Origin: Tortispora ganteri
Taxonomy: Eukaryota
DNA: 64,000 bases
NCBI GenBank assembly: GCA_003707115.1
Contig: PPNB01000003.1
Location: 124,001-188,000, forward strand
Direction of reading: 5' to 3'
Part shown: piece by piece, positions 42,245 to 52,461 of the stretch
Layout of the letters: each line of letters starts with the position of its first letter
How positions within the stretch are numbered: the stretch's first letter is position 1
Notes under the pieces: generated by a model
What the model saw: the letters and a program-made list of their open reading frames with translations, nothing else
Told to the model about the DNA's origin: nothing
The model's database searches: none
Program-made: the position numbers and the translations under genes

Positions 42245-42487
42245 AATCAATTGATATTACTCAATATAAAAAATATATTATTAACTAATGGTGCTATGTT
42301 AAAGAGGAAGTAATTTTCAATTTGTATAACATCCTTTATTGTTTATTGTTCCGCACATTTACGTCAAAAACCTTGTTCTGTATTTAGTTCTAAATAAGCA
42401 TAAGACTTTTCAATCAAAAAACATATCTATTATTCATTAATTATATAAAAAATTAAATACATAACAATAAAACAAAATCAAACACTT

Positions 42488-45400
42488 CTAAGCATCTTCT
42501 AAGCTTTGCAGAGCAACTGTAGCTGCATAGTGTCCATCAAGTGCCAATAATTCATTATGTGTACCTGATTCAACAACAACACCATTTTTAAATACATATA
42601 TGACATCGGCATTCTTGATAGTTGACAATCTGTGAGCCACAGCAATAGTAGTGCGGCCTTTAGAAGCAGAATCCAATGCTTCTTGAACCACTTTCTCTGA
42701 TTCGGAGTCCAATGCTGAAGTAGCTTCATCTAGAAGCAAGATCTTAGGATCGCGTATTAGTGCTCGAGCAATTGCAATACGTTGTTTCTGTCCGCCAGAT
42801 AATAGAGTACCTTTGCTACCACATAAAGTCTCAAGTCCTTCAGGAAGAGACATGATAAAATCATAAATGTTGGCTTTGCGACAAGCTTCTACTATTCGTT
42901 CTTCTGTGACAGTTTCTGGGTCTTCTTCGGTGCCGAATAGAATATTCTCGCGAATAGAACCACTATACAACGTAGGCTCTTGTTGTACTAAGGCAATGTG
43001 AGACCGATAGGAGCGAACATTAATTGTAGAAATATCGATGCCATCGAGCCGTACTTCACCAGATTGCGGACGATAAAAAGATTCAATCAGACCAATAGTC
43101 GTAGACTTTCCACAGCCTGAAGCACCGACAAGCGCAACGTATTGACCTTTTTTAATTGACATGTTCAGCCCTCTTAGTACAGGAACCTCAGGGCGCGTCG
43201 GATATCTAAAATAGACATTGACAAAATCGATGTTACCATCACATTTTTCAAGTTTTATGCCTTCTGTACTTTCAGCATCAATTGTCGGTTCGAGACGCAA
43301 CAGACTTAACACATTACGCGTAGCATCACCTGCCTTGGTCATATCTGGAGCAAAAGAAAACACAGTGCCTGCAGCTTGCGCTCCGAAAACAACAGCCATA
43401 AATGTGACGAAGAAGTGAAATATGGAAAGTTCACCACGACCCATAAGAGTTCCACCCCACCAAAAACCAAGTGCGACAATAAAGATAGACATAGAATGAC
43501 TCATAGCGAACAACAAAGAAGATCGCATATTCGGCCACAAGTCATGGCGCGTCTGGCTCAGAAGCCGGCGTTCGTACTCCTGCACAACTTGCTCTTCCCG
43601 AGTCAAAGACACTACTGTGCGGATTAAATCAGTGGCCTCACATGCTTTTTGTGAAGAGTCGGTGTATACCTTCTCCGAAAATTGCTGCATCTTTTTGAGA
43701 ACCCATATGCGACAGAATCCGGCGCCTAAAAGAACCGGAACGCATGCTATACAGACGAGCGCAAGCTTCCAGCTGAGTGCCAAACTTAGGACACAGCCAC
43801 CGACAAGCGTAACCATCGACGTGAACAAATGTGCCAAAGTGCTACCAGATAAACCTTCGGCATGCTCGCCATCCTTGCTCAAGGAGCTGGTGAGTGCTCC
43901 AGTGGAATTCTCGTCTTTGTCAAAGAATGATATGTCCTGCCGCATGATAGCTTTGAAACAGTTAATTCTTATTCTGCGAATGAGTCTCTCTGAAGTAATA
44001 GCCATGCTGTAAATCATTAAGAAGTTAGAGATAAAAATGACGACTGCGAGCATAAAAAGCAGGCCTGACCAGAGGTTAACTTCGCTGCGCATGAATGAGA
44101 TGCTTGGAGAGGCAAATGCAATTATGATTTTTCCATAAAACACAGAAAGAACAGGTTGCGCAAGGCCTGAAATGACAGCAAATAGAAAACCTCCTATAAG
44201 CCATTCCGCATCTGGTGCATTCATTTTGAATAGCTCAATAACCACTTGGAAGTTAGAATAGTTGCGGTTCCTAGTGTCTTTAGATCTCAGTTGCTCGATT
44301 AATGAATCTGAATAGGACAATTTGCGTTTTAAAATAGCTGCATCAATGTCGTCTTCTTCTTCTTCTTGAGAGATTTCTTCGAGTTTCTCTAATTCAACAG
44401 AAGCAACAGATTCTGAACTGCCTTTAGGATGCAATTCTGCTACTTTCGAGTTCAAAGACTGAGCTTTCACAAGTTTAAAGTAGGCTCCTTCTTTGGCAAT
44501 AAGATCACTGTGAGATCCTGATTCCACAATACGACCTTCTTTCATCACAACAATAACGTCTGCATCTTTGATAGTGGACAAGCGATGTGCGATAACAATG
44601 GTCGTCCTAGACTTAGAAGCCTTGTCAAGAGCATCTTGAACTATACCTTCCGATTCGGTATCTAAAGCAGAAGTAGCTTCATCAAGAAGTAAAATCTTAG
44701 GATTGCTGACAATTGCACGAGCAATAGCGATTCGCTGCTTCTGACCTCCAGACATGAGGAATCCACGTTCACCAACATTTGTTTGGAACCCTTCAGGGAG
44801 TTTAATAATAAAATCATAGGCGTTAGCTTGCTTTGCGGCATCGTGAATGAGTTCTGCTTTCTTTTCTGGAGCGGCATGTTCAAGTTCAGTTCCTATTAAG
44901 CCATAGGCGATGTTTTCAAATATAGTAGTTGCAAACAGATTGGGCTCTTGTGACACGAGAGCTATCTGATGTCTAAGCCACTTGACATTGAGAGTAGATA
45001 TATCGTGGCCGTCGATTAAAACCTCACCAGCAAGAGGAGCATAGAAGCGTTCAAGGATACCTATAATGGTACTTTTTCCAGATCCCGACATGCCAACAAG
45101 GGCAACTGTTTGTCCAGGTAGGACTTTCAAAGACATGTTCTGAAGTACAGTGACTGAAGGGCGAGAAGGGTATACGAACTTAACGTTTTTCAGTTCTATC
45201 TCACCCTTTACAGTGTCTAGAGTTTTGCCTTCAGTTGATTCGGGGTCGATGTATGACTTGCGGTCGATTGTGGCAAAAATGCGCTTAGCGGCAGCCACAC
45301 CCATACCCATGTCTCTTATGTGCGAGAACGAGTGGCTTACGGAGAGGGAGCTAAAGATGATAGCCATGATGGAACTGATGATATTCTGAATAGGGAATTC

Positions 45401-46336
45401 GTTCCAGGCCAACAGGCGAGAGCCTTCCCAGAAACCAAGGGCATAGGTACAAAAAGAAATAAAATAAAAAGATCCAATAAGGGCGGCGAGGAATACATTA
45501 GCTCTTATTTTCGACTTTTCGCCGGATCGGATGAACACTTCATATTTGGCAAGAAGACGTGCCTGGAGGCCAAAAGATTGGACATTACGTACTGAGGAGA
45601 TAGCTTCTTCTGCAGTAGATCCAGAGTATGCATACTGAATATTGCAATTAACAAGATGTTTTGTCATGAGGCCTGACAAAAGGCCTGGCAACAAGATAGA
45701 GGTGATGATGACGGACAGAAGGATGAGACCGAGTTTCCAAGCGCGGGCTATACTAACAATGATACCAGCAATAAGACCTGCAATGCTTGAGACTATTACA
45801 GAAACTTTTTCAGAGATAGCATGCTGTATGAGATCTGTATCAGTGATGATCCTGGTGGTGACCTCGCCGGAGCCGATCGAATCAAAGAAGGCTATATTTT
45901 GGCGTAGGATGGCTCTCAGGTACTGCACTCTGATCCGGTTGGCGAGTGTTTCACCTAGACGGATAGTCAGAAATGTAGATAATGTGGCAACTGCAAAAGT
46001 GCCTATGGCCAGATAGACGAAATACAGACTATTTTGATTGATTGCGTGTTGGAAGTTGTCTGAGGTTCCACGATAAAAGTTGGCAAACTCGCCCGTGACA
46101 TTGCCAAATAGCAGTGTCATTAGCGGCAGAGATGCACCAAGACCAACAGCAGCAATAATAGCTATTGCATACAAAAAGTACTCGAATGGTCCTGCAAAAC
46201 GGAACAGGTCCAGGTATGATACTTTAGTTTTGGGGATTTGGATTTGATCATGTAAGATTGCTTTTTCATTTTCTGAGAACTTTTCGAAAGCACTCAACTC
46301 GTCTAATTCAGTGACATTATCTTTAGTTTTACGCAT
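42488..46336 (-). CDS. Full-length ABCB/P-glycoprotein-type multidrug exporter, copy C (1282 aa)
   Basis: Same architecture; Walker A GMSGSGKST and GASGCGKST; signature and D-loop motifs intact. Confidence 0.95.
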   Translation of the reverse strand: MRKTKDNVTELDELSAFEKFSENEKAILHDQIQIPKTKVSYLDLFRFAGPFEYFLYAIAIIAAVGLGASLPLMTLLFGNVTGEFANFYRGTSDNFQHAINQNSLYFVYLAIGTFAVATLSTFLTIRLGETLANRIRVQYLRAILRQNIAFFDSIGSGEVTTRIITDTDLIQHAISEKVSVIVSSIAGLIAGIIVSIARAWKLGLILLSVIITSILLPGLLSGLMTKHLVNCNIQYAYSGSTAEEAISSVRNVQSFGLQARLLAKYEVFIRSGEKSKIRANVFLAALIGSFYFISFCTYALGFWEGSRLLAWNEFPIQNIISSIMAIIFSSLSVSHSFSHIRDMGMGVAAAKRIFATIDRKSYIDPESTEGKTLDTVKGEIELKNVKFVYPSRPSVTVLQNMSLKVLPGQTVALVGMSGSGKSTIIGILERFYAPLAGEVLIDGHDISTLNVKWLRHQIALVSQEPNLFATTIFENIAYGLIGTELEHAAPEKKAELIHDAAKQANAYDFIIKLPEGFQTNVGERGFLMSGGQKQRIAIARAIVSNPKILLLDEATSALDTESEGIVQDALDKASKSRTTIVIAHRLSTIKDADVIVVMKEGRIVESGSHSDLIAKEGAYFKLVKAQSLNSKVAELHPKGSSESVASVELEKLEEISQEEEEDDIDAAILKRKLSYSDSLIEQLRSKDTRNRNYSNFQVVIELFKMNAPDAEWLIGGFLFAVISGLAQPVLSVFYGKIIIAFASPSISFMRSEVNLWSGLLFMLAVVIFISNFLMIYSMAITSERLIRRIRINCFKAIMRQDISFFDKDENSTGALTSSLSKDGEHAEGLSGSTLAHLFTSMVTLVGGCVLSLALSWKLALVCIACVPVLLGAGFCRIWVLKKMQQFSEKVYTDSSQKACEATDLIRTVVSLTREEQVVQEYERRLLSQTRHDLWPNMRSSLLFAMSHSMSIFIVALGFWWGGTLMGRGELSIFHFFVTFMAVVFGAQAAGTVFSFAPDMTKAGDATRNVLSLLRLEPTIDAESTEGIKLEKCDGNIDFVNVYFRYPTRPEVPVLRGLNMSIKKGQYVALVGASGCGKSTTIGLIESFYRPQSGEVRLDGIDISTINVRSYRSHIALVQQEPTLYSGSIRENILFGTEEDPETVTEERIVEACRKANIYDFIMSLPEGLETLCGSKGTLLSGGQKQRIAIARALIRDPKILLLDEATSALDSESEKVVQEALDSASKGRTTIAVAHRLSTIKNADVIYVFKNGVVVESGTHNELLALDGHYAATVALQSLEDA

Positions 46337-46918
46337 GAGAGTTTTAAACGAGTTCGCGATTTGGAGACCAGAAAGACGAAATCTGAAGGGTTGGATACTA
46401 TATTAACCGGACACTAGTAGAGCCAGCCTGGTGGGACGACTTAGAGGGTAGGGGGAACGTTAATTTCCGGGTCAATATATTGGAAAAAAACAACAAAACT
46501 TCTGTAATTTACAAAATCTATAGTCTACTTTTAATATACAGAATATTAATAGATAAATATCTTCTTACCCTATTATATGGACAGTTAACTGCGTGCAACT
46601 TTGGCGGGTGGCGGAATAAGCTACAATACAAGTTTGATTCTGTTTGCGGGGTGTCTCTTGGATTAGGAATATGAGCATTATATGGAAATCATAATCATTT
46701 TAATTTGTAGAAATTCCTTCATATATTTAGTATAGCAATTTATTTTTTAGCATTATAATTAGAGTCTAAGTGTTAATTAATTTGGACAAATCATAAGAAA
46801 GACAGTTAAAACGGCTTATATTGTTTAGAGATTGATTATCGAATCACTAAGGTCTGTTTTAATGCACAATATATATATCTATATAACTATATATATTTAT
46901 TAATAAATATTTTTAACT

Positions 46919-48460
46919 TTATTTGGATCCAAGTTGTTGCTGCTGTTGTTTCATCATTCTCTTCATAGCAAAACGAAGACAGAACGGCAGCAATAATGAG
47001 TTAACAACAATCCAGGCAATCAGAATACCTGCAGATCGTCCAGTATAATTTTTTGCACCATAAATAACGTGCAATTGAGCTTGAACAACATTATATACAG
47101 GTAGAGCGTAACCAATTTGATAAAAACGGTTCATGAGTTCAAATGGCGAGAAACCAGTTGAAGCATTAAGAATAACCCACGTCAGCAGGAAAAAGCCGAG
47201 ACATGGAGGGTACAGTGAAAATATGACAGTAACTGAATTCTCACACGCACCGCCTAAGGCACAGAATCCAAGCCAATTGAACATCCAGAAAACCACAAAA
47301 CCTCCTCGTCCGTAAACTTTCGTGAAATCAACTTGAAACGCTAAAGATACCAATGACAAAAATAGTGATTCAAAGAAGAAAGCAATCAATGAACTAAGAA
47401 TGCGATAGACAATAAGGTCTCGCGGAAAAAGATATTTCATGATTTTAAGATGAACAGGGGTGAAAAAGTTGGTGCTGAAAAATGACAAAATGATCATGAA
47501 GATCATACCTACCTGGAACATAGCTACACTCAGCGGTTCGTTAATTGGCAACAGGTCATTAAGAACAGGTACCACTGGGTCAGCTAGAAGTGTTGCAAAC
47601 GACTGACCTGCGTTCTGAAGTTCAGAGGCATCGATGCTCTGTGTAGTGTTGTAGACGTACTGCGGCGTGTACGTATCTCGAAAAAGAGTTAGCACCTGTT
47701 GCGCATACGGCAGAAGATTCGACAAAACAGCGGACTGTTGCCTAGCAGTAGTATACACAAACTGGACGGCATCGCTTGAGTTGTAAGATTGGCTCGACAT
47801 AGCCTGTGTGGCCTCGTCCAGTCGGGATTGTGCACCTGGCATAATAACAAAAGCGCCCCAGACTTGCTCGTCGAGCACAGAATGGTAAACTTCTTCAGTA
47901 GTATTAAACTGATCGGTAACAATCACTGTAGGTGTAGTTCCATCGGGTGAATGCAACGTATTGATCGCGTCAAAAAGAGTATCGTACATGATAGAAGATG
48001 GTTGATCTAGGTTCACGATCCATAGACGTAAATTGTGAGTGTATTTGCCTCTGTTATAGAACGAACCCCAGTATATAGATATAACAGAAAGAATAAATAC
48101 ACCAAATATAATAATTAGATAAAATGAATGCAAGAACACAGATTTGCGCGCTGCAACTAGTTCTTTGTGAAAAAATGAATATTTTGGTGGTGGCCCGTTA
48201 GGTGGCCCGTTAGGTGGCCCACTTGTCGGACCCGTCTCAATCTCTTGATCCGACTTTTGACTTGACTCTTTCGATTGGTAATCATTAATTGTGTCTCGTC
48301 TACTATTTCGACTTGAAATCCTTTTCATAATACTCATTTCGGCACCTTCAGGATCTCGTCTTTGATTTTCAAGAGCTGCACGCAGCATCATATCGTTGAT
48401 CTCTCCGGAGTTGCCGAAACTGCGGATAGATATCGACTCTTCATCACTGTCATTAACCAT
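46919..48460 (-). CDS. SNG1: Sng1/DUF3533 family multi-pass membrane protein
   Basis: SIYWGSFYNR...LWIVNLD, VWGAFVI, VDFTKVYGRGGFVVFW, ELMNRFYQIGYALP: the Sng1-family pattern. A 12-bp repeat encoding GPPN lies at 48189-48220. Confidence 0.75.
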   Translation of the reverse strand: MVNDSDEESISIRSFGNSGEINDMMLRAALENQRRDPEGAEMSIMKRISSRNSRRDTINDYQSKESSQKSDQEIETGPTSGPPNGPPNGPPPKYSFFHKELVAARKSVFLHSFYLIIIFGVFILSVISIYWGSFYNRGKYTHNLRLWIVNLDQPSSIMYDTLFDAINTLHSPDGTTPTVIVTDQFNTTEEVYHSVLDEQVWGAFVIMPGAQSRLDEATQAMSSQSYNSSDAVQFVYTTARQQSAVLSNLLPYAQQVLTLFRDTYTPQYVYNTTQSIDASELQNAGQSFATLLADPVVPVLNDLLPINEPLSVAMFQVGMIFMIILSFFSTNFFTPVHLKIMKYLFPRDLIVYRILSSLIAFFFESLFLSLVSLAFQVDFTKVYGRGGFVVFWMFNWLGFCALGGACENSVTVIFSLYPPCLGFFLLTWVILNASTGFSPFELMNRFYQIGYALPVYNVVQAQLHVIYGAKNYTGRSAGILIAWIVVNSLLLPFCLRFAMKRMMKQQQQQLGSK

Positions 48461-48510
48461 TCTTAAAAAATAACGCAGTTATGCACACTGGAAATTCTGA
48501 AATAAAGCTA

Positions 48511-48536
48511 ATATATATGTATATATATATATATAT
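48511..48536. repeat. (AT)n microsatellite upstream of the SNG1-like gene
   Basis: atatatatgtatatatatatatatat. Confidence 0.75.
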
Positions 48537-49051
48537 TCGTATTAAGGTGATAGGCTCCTCTTAGTAAGCACCTTAAAATTATCGCCGCGATCACGGGCGT
48601 TTGCACTAATTGGGCCACCGACAAAACATAACCTTGTTGGCAATTTAGCTTTTTCGGAACATTTTATGACCGAGCTATAACGTCAATACCCCTGATGAAA
48701 CAGCAGAGTTCGGAGATTATGTACTCTGATTTTTTTAAAAAAACGTCATATAGATCGTCACTTTATTGCTATTTGTCGTGACAGTGAGTTATCAATGTGC
48801 ACATGATTCAGTCGTTTGATTAAACCTAATGGGTTAGGCCCCGATCATCGCTCAAATCGACCATACCGCCTTTAACAGTATTACATTTACCTCATTATCT
48901 CCTTAAAGCAAATTTAAATCCTCTAATTGGCTTAAATATTATTCAAACCCGATGTAGCAGCAAAAAATATGGGTTAAAAACAATTGCAAACCCTAACCCG
49001 AATAAGGAGTACAAATTATATATTTTCTGCTAGTTAAGTAACTCAGTTAGT

Positions 49052-49132
49052 GATGCGGTGGCTCAATGGTAGAGCTTTCGACTCCAGTGCTGTGGCATCG
49101 AAGGGTTGCAGGTTCAATTCCTGTCCGTGTCA
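49052..49132 (+). tRNA. tRNA-Trp(CCA) with 9-nt intron (49088-49096)
   Basis: GATGCGGTGGCTCAATGGTAGAGCTTTCGACTCCAG[TGCTGTGGC]ATCGAAGGGTTGCAGGTTCAATTCCTGTCCGTGTCA, followed by a long T-run; 72 nt after splicing. Confidence 0.96.
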
Positions 49133-49350
49133 TTTTTTTTTTTAGAAAAATCTCTTTTTATATTATTACTAGATAATATTGATTAAGATTAACATACTTT
49201 ATTAGAATACATTGAGATGATTAAAACAAAAACAAAGAGATGAAGATGTGAGATTAGCCATAAGACCATAATGAGAGAAACAGCTAAAACTAAAAGAAAA
49301 AAAACATCAGTGGAGTGTTATCAGAGAGAATAGAAAGTCTCATTTCTAGC

Positions 49351-50502
49351 TTAAGCGAAAATCTTCTTGATCTTAGAGAAAAATCCTTTCTTTTTCTTGG
49401 GCGCGTTAGAGGCCGGTGCAACAGCGTCTTCTTTAGCTTCTTTCGCTTTGACGTCAGCAGAAACTTCCTTGTAGACTTTATCACCAGTAGATTTGACAGC
49501 AGCACCAACTTCAGTCAACCCGTGCTTAACTGCCTCTCCTCCTTCTTTAAGGGTCTCTTTGTCTTTAGACTTCAAGCCTTCCTTAATTTCCTTAAAGCCT
49601 TCTGAAATAAGAGCAGCACCTTCTTTGGCTTCCTTTCCAAGGAACTCTGTGCCTTCTTTGAGGCGATCCTGTAAAGTCTTAGAAGCATCGCCTTCAGGCT
49701 CAGTTGCAGTGGTAGCGCCTGCGGCCTCAGTGGTGCCCTCGCTAGTAGTGGCATTGGCAGCAGGTACAGTTTCAGACTCAACAACCTTAGAAGCCTCCGA
49801 AGTCTTAGCAGCCTCAGCAGTCTCAACAGGGGTAGAAGCCTCAGTCACTTCAGCAGCTTTGGTTTCTGCCTTTGAATCAGGAGTAAGCTTAGTAGCGACA
49901 GCGGTTGCAGCTCCAGTCACAGCGGCAGTTGCAGCGGTAACAGTATTGGAAGCAGACTCTTTTGCTGATTCAGCAGCAGCTTTAACCTTGGCTTCAGCCT
50001 CCTTCTCTTTCCTTTTCTTCTTGTCTTTGGCTTTCTTCTTTTTCTTCTTGTCTTTAGACGAAGAAGAAGCAGAGTCGGTAGTGGCAGTAGGTTGCTGGAG
50101 AGCATCAATGCTAGCAGCATTTTCAGGAATTACAGGGCCAGGAGTGGCAGAAATAGCAGCAGCAGCCTCGGCCTCTTTGCCTGAGGTGATCGGAAGACCA
50201 CCTGCTTCTGGAATGCCTGTAGTAGCAGTAGTTGCAGCGGCCGTAAGTGTATCGACAGTGACAATGTTATTTGTAACGCCTTCAGAATCAGTTTCTTTTT
50301 CAGCAGAGTCATCGAGGACCCATTCATCATCGATGACGTACTTGTACAACACTTTCTCGTCACCTTTCAAAGGAATAGTGATCGAATAGGTACCATCGGC
50401 CTGCTTAACAAGGGGAAAAGATTTAGACCAGTTGTCAAAAGTGCCAGTGACAAAGGCATCTTTCTTTACAGGGCCTGTCCATGAAAATGTATGATTGACC
50501 AT
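49351..50502 (-). CDS. Crp1/Mdg1-like protein with N-terminal AMPK-type CBM48 (glycogen-binding-like) domain
   Basis: MVNHTFSWTG...AFVTGTFDNWSKS...YKYVIDDEW...NN; poly-K patch; C-terminal KKKKGFFSKIKKIFA; ATG at 50502. Confidence 0.8.
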   Translation of the reverse strand: MVNHTFSWTGPVKKDAFVTGTFDNWSKSFPLVKQADGTYSITIPLKGDEKVLYKYVIDDEWVLDDSAEKETDSEGVTNNIVTVDTLTAAATTATTGIPEAGGLPITSGKEAEAAAAISATPGPVIPENAASIDALQQPTATTDSASSSSKDKKKKKKAKDKKKRKEKEAEAKVKAAAESAKESASNTVTAATAAVTGAATAVATKLTPDSKAETKAAEVTEASTPVETAEAAKTSEASKVVESETVPAANATTSEGTTEAAGATTATEPEGDASKTLQDRLKEGTEFLGKEAKEGAALISEGFKEIKEGLKSKDKETLKEGGEAVKHGLTEVGAAVKSTGDKVYKEVSADVKAKEAKEDAVAPASNAPKKKKGFFSKIKKIFA

Positions 50503-51495
50503 TGTACTGTTCTTTGGAAAGTTGTAGGTAGTGGGGAAAAAAAAATAGAAGAAAATGGAACGTTCGACTCCAACAGGGTAAACAAAAGTGTGATACCGGC
50601 AAAAAAAACACAAATGTCTATATGTGTAATGTAAAATAAGGACAATCTACTATAATATTATAATAAATAGCAGCAGATTGAATATTTTGAAACTTGATTT
50701 GCGTACTGGATAATCGAGTGTATTATGCAAGTACGGGTATAAGCTAACGGCTGAATGAATCGGGTGGTGTGAAAGGGTACAAAGTTTAAAGTTGTTCCTT
50801 TATTTATATGGGAATATTATGGGCGGGAGGCGATTCTGAGTCAACTATGATCCAAATTATAGTATGCATTAAGTTTGTAATCTAAGGAATAAACATTGAC
50901 CTTAAAATATCAATAATAACAACATAGTAATAGCTATTATAATAAAAGTAAATAATGGAAATTGTTAATAATTCGATCAAAATATCTAGTAGGAATCAAT
51001 AAATACACAACTAGTCTATTCGAATACTTAAATATTGCAACTAAATTAGCGTAAACCATATTATAGACGTATGATCAAAAAATAATATCTAAAGTTCGAA
51101 TAGGGATTTCAGAAACGTTAAGTATGCAGATATTAACGGCACAGAATAAAAAAAAAAACGCATTGTCACGATCGGCAAAACAAGAACACAGATAAGTTGC
51201 CTGAAACACATTTGCAATCAATTTCTTTCCATTAAAGTACACCTGTATGGAAGCGAGAAAAAGGGTGAGAATTGAAGGGAGAAAATAGCCAACCCGCTGT
51301 ACTAGGAAAAACAATTAGATAAACACATAAGCAGTGAAGTAAAGAAACGAGACAAAAAGGAACGATAAAAGTACGAATGTATAGTAAAACAACAGATGAC
51401 AACAGTCGGATTGTGAATGACATCTAACAGTCGAACTTATATCGAAGCCTGACAAGACTTTTTCTTAAATGTAAAGCATTTTTTATCCGGTAAAT

Positions 51496-52461
51496 TTAAC
51501 TTTGTGGGGCACGTTCTCGTAGAACATCCACGACAGGCCCTAGAAGTCGCTGAAATCCGTTCTTCTTCAACGTAGCAACAGTCACTTTAGTAACAGCTTT
51601 GACTGTAGCAGCGCGAGGTTGGTCATAAAGCAAGGCCAGCTCACCAAAGTAATCGCCTTTATGCAAGTCTTGCACTTTGCCAGAAGCTTCCTTGGTAACC
51701 TCGGCATCACCTGATTCGATAATGAAAAATGCATCACCAGCATCTCCTTCCTTAACTATTATCTCACCTGGAGCATAAGTTCTAGAATCTAAAGCATCAG
51801 CAAGTCTGAGCAGTTCGTAATCTTTAAGCACAGAGAGCACAGGTACCTCTTTGAGAAAAGACTCGTACAATGCACGCCGCTTAGAAGTGCCCTCAAAGAG
51901 GATGCGTCGAAATGTGACACGATCTAGCCTCCAGAGAACTGTGTCATTGATAGCTTCAACTGTGGCTGCGCGAGGGGCATTATGGAGAAGAGCTAGTTCT
52001 CCAAATGATCCCGAGGGACCGACAGTGCCGACCTGTGCGCCATCAATTACAACCCGGAGATCTCCAGATTCGACAATGTAAAAATAATCGCCGTGGTCAC
52101 CTTGTTTCACAATGACGCACCCAGCTGCAGTTTTATTATGTGGGACTTCTTCTAAAGCTTGAATTACTAATTTCAGGCTGTCTTCACGTAATGCACGGAA
52201 AATGAAGTTATCACTTACGGCTTTCTCAAGACGGTTAGTCTGGTCAGCACTTTTAGGGAATACTGGGGGTTTCCAGCCTTGAGAAAAAACCATTGACTCG
52301 GCAGAAACAGATGTGCGACGATTGATAAACAACGGCGAAGCAGCCGGTACGGTTTCTCCAGCAGCCGGAGTGGCGTTAGGAGCAGGAACTTTCCAGCCCC
52401 TGCCTGGATTGCTGGGCGCAATGGGAGCAGCCGCGGTGGTAGTCTCTAGTGGGTCTTCCAT
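51496..52461 (-). CDS. BCY1: cAMP-dependent protein kinase regulatory subunit
   Basis: Inhibitor site NRRTSVSAES; two cNMP-binding domains with FGELALLHNAPRAAT and FGELALLYDQPRAAT; ATG at 52461. Confidence 0.93.
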   Translation of the reverse strand: MEDPLETTTAAAPIAPSNPGRGWKVPAPNATPAAGETVPAASPLFINRRTSVSAESMVFSQGWKPPVFPKSADQTNRLEKAVSDNFIFRALREDSLKLVIQALEEVPHNKTAAGCVIVKQGDHGDYFYIVESGDLRVVIDGAQVGTVGPSGSFGELALLHNAPRAATVEAINDTVLWRLDRVTFRRILFEGTSKRRALYESFLKEVPVLSVLKDYELLRLADALDSRTYAPGEIIVKEGDAGDAFFIIESGDAEVTKEASGKVQDLHKGDYFGELALLYDQPRAATVKAVTKVTVATLKKNGFQRLLGPVVDVLRERAPQS

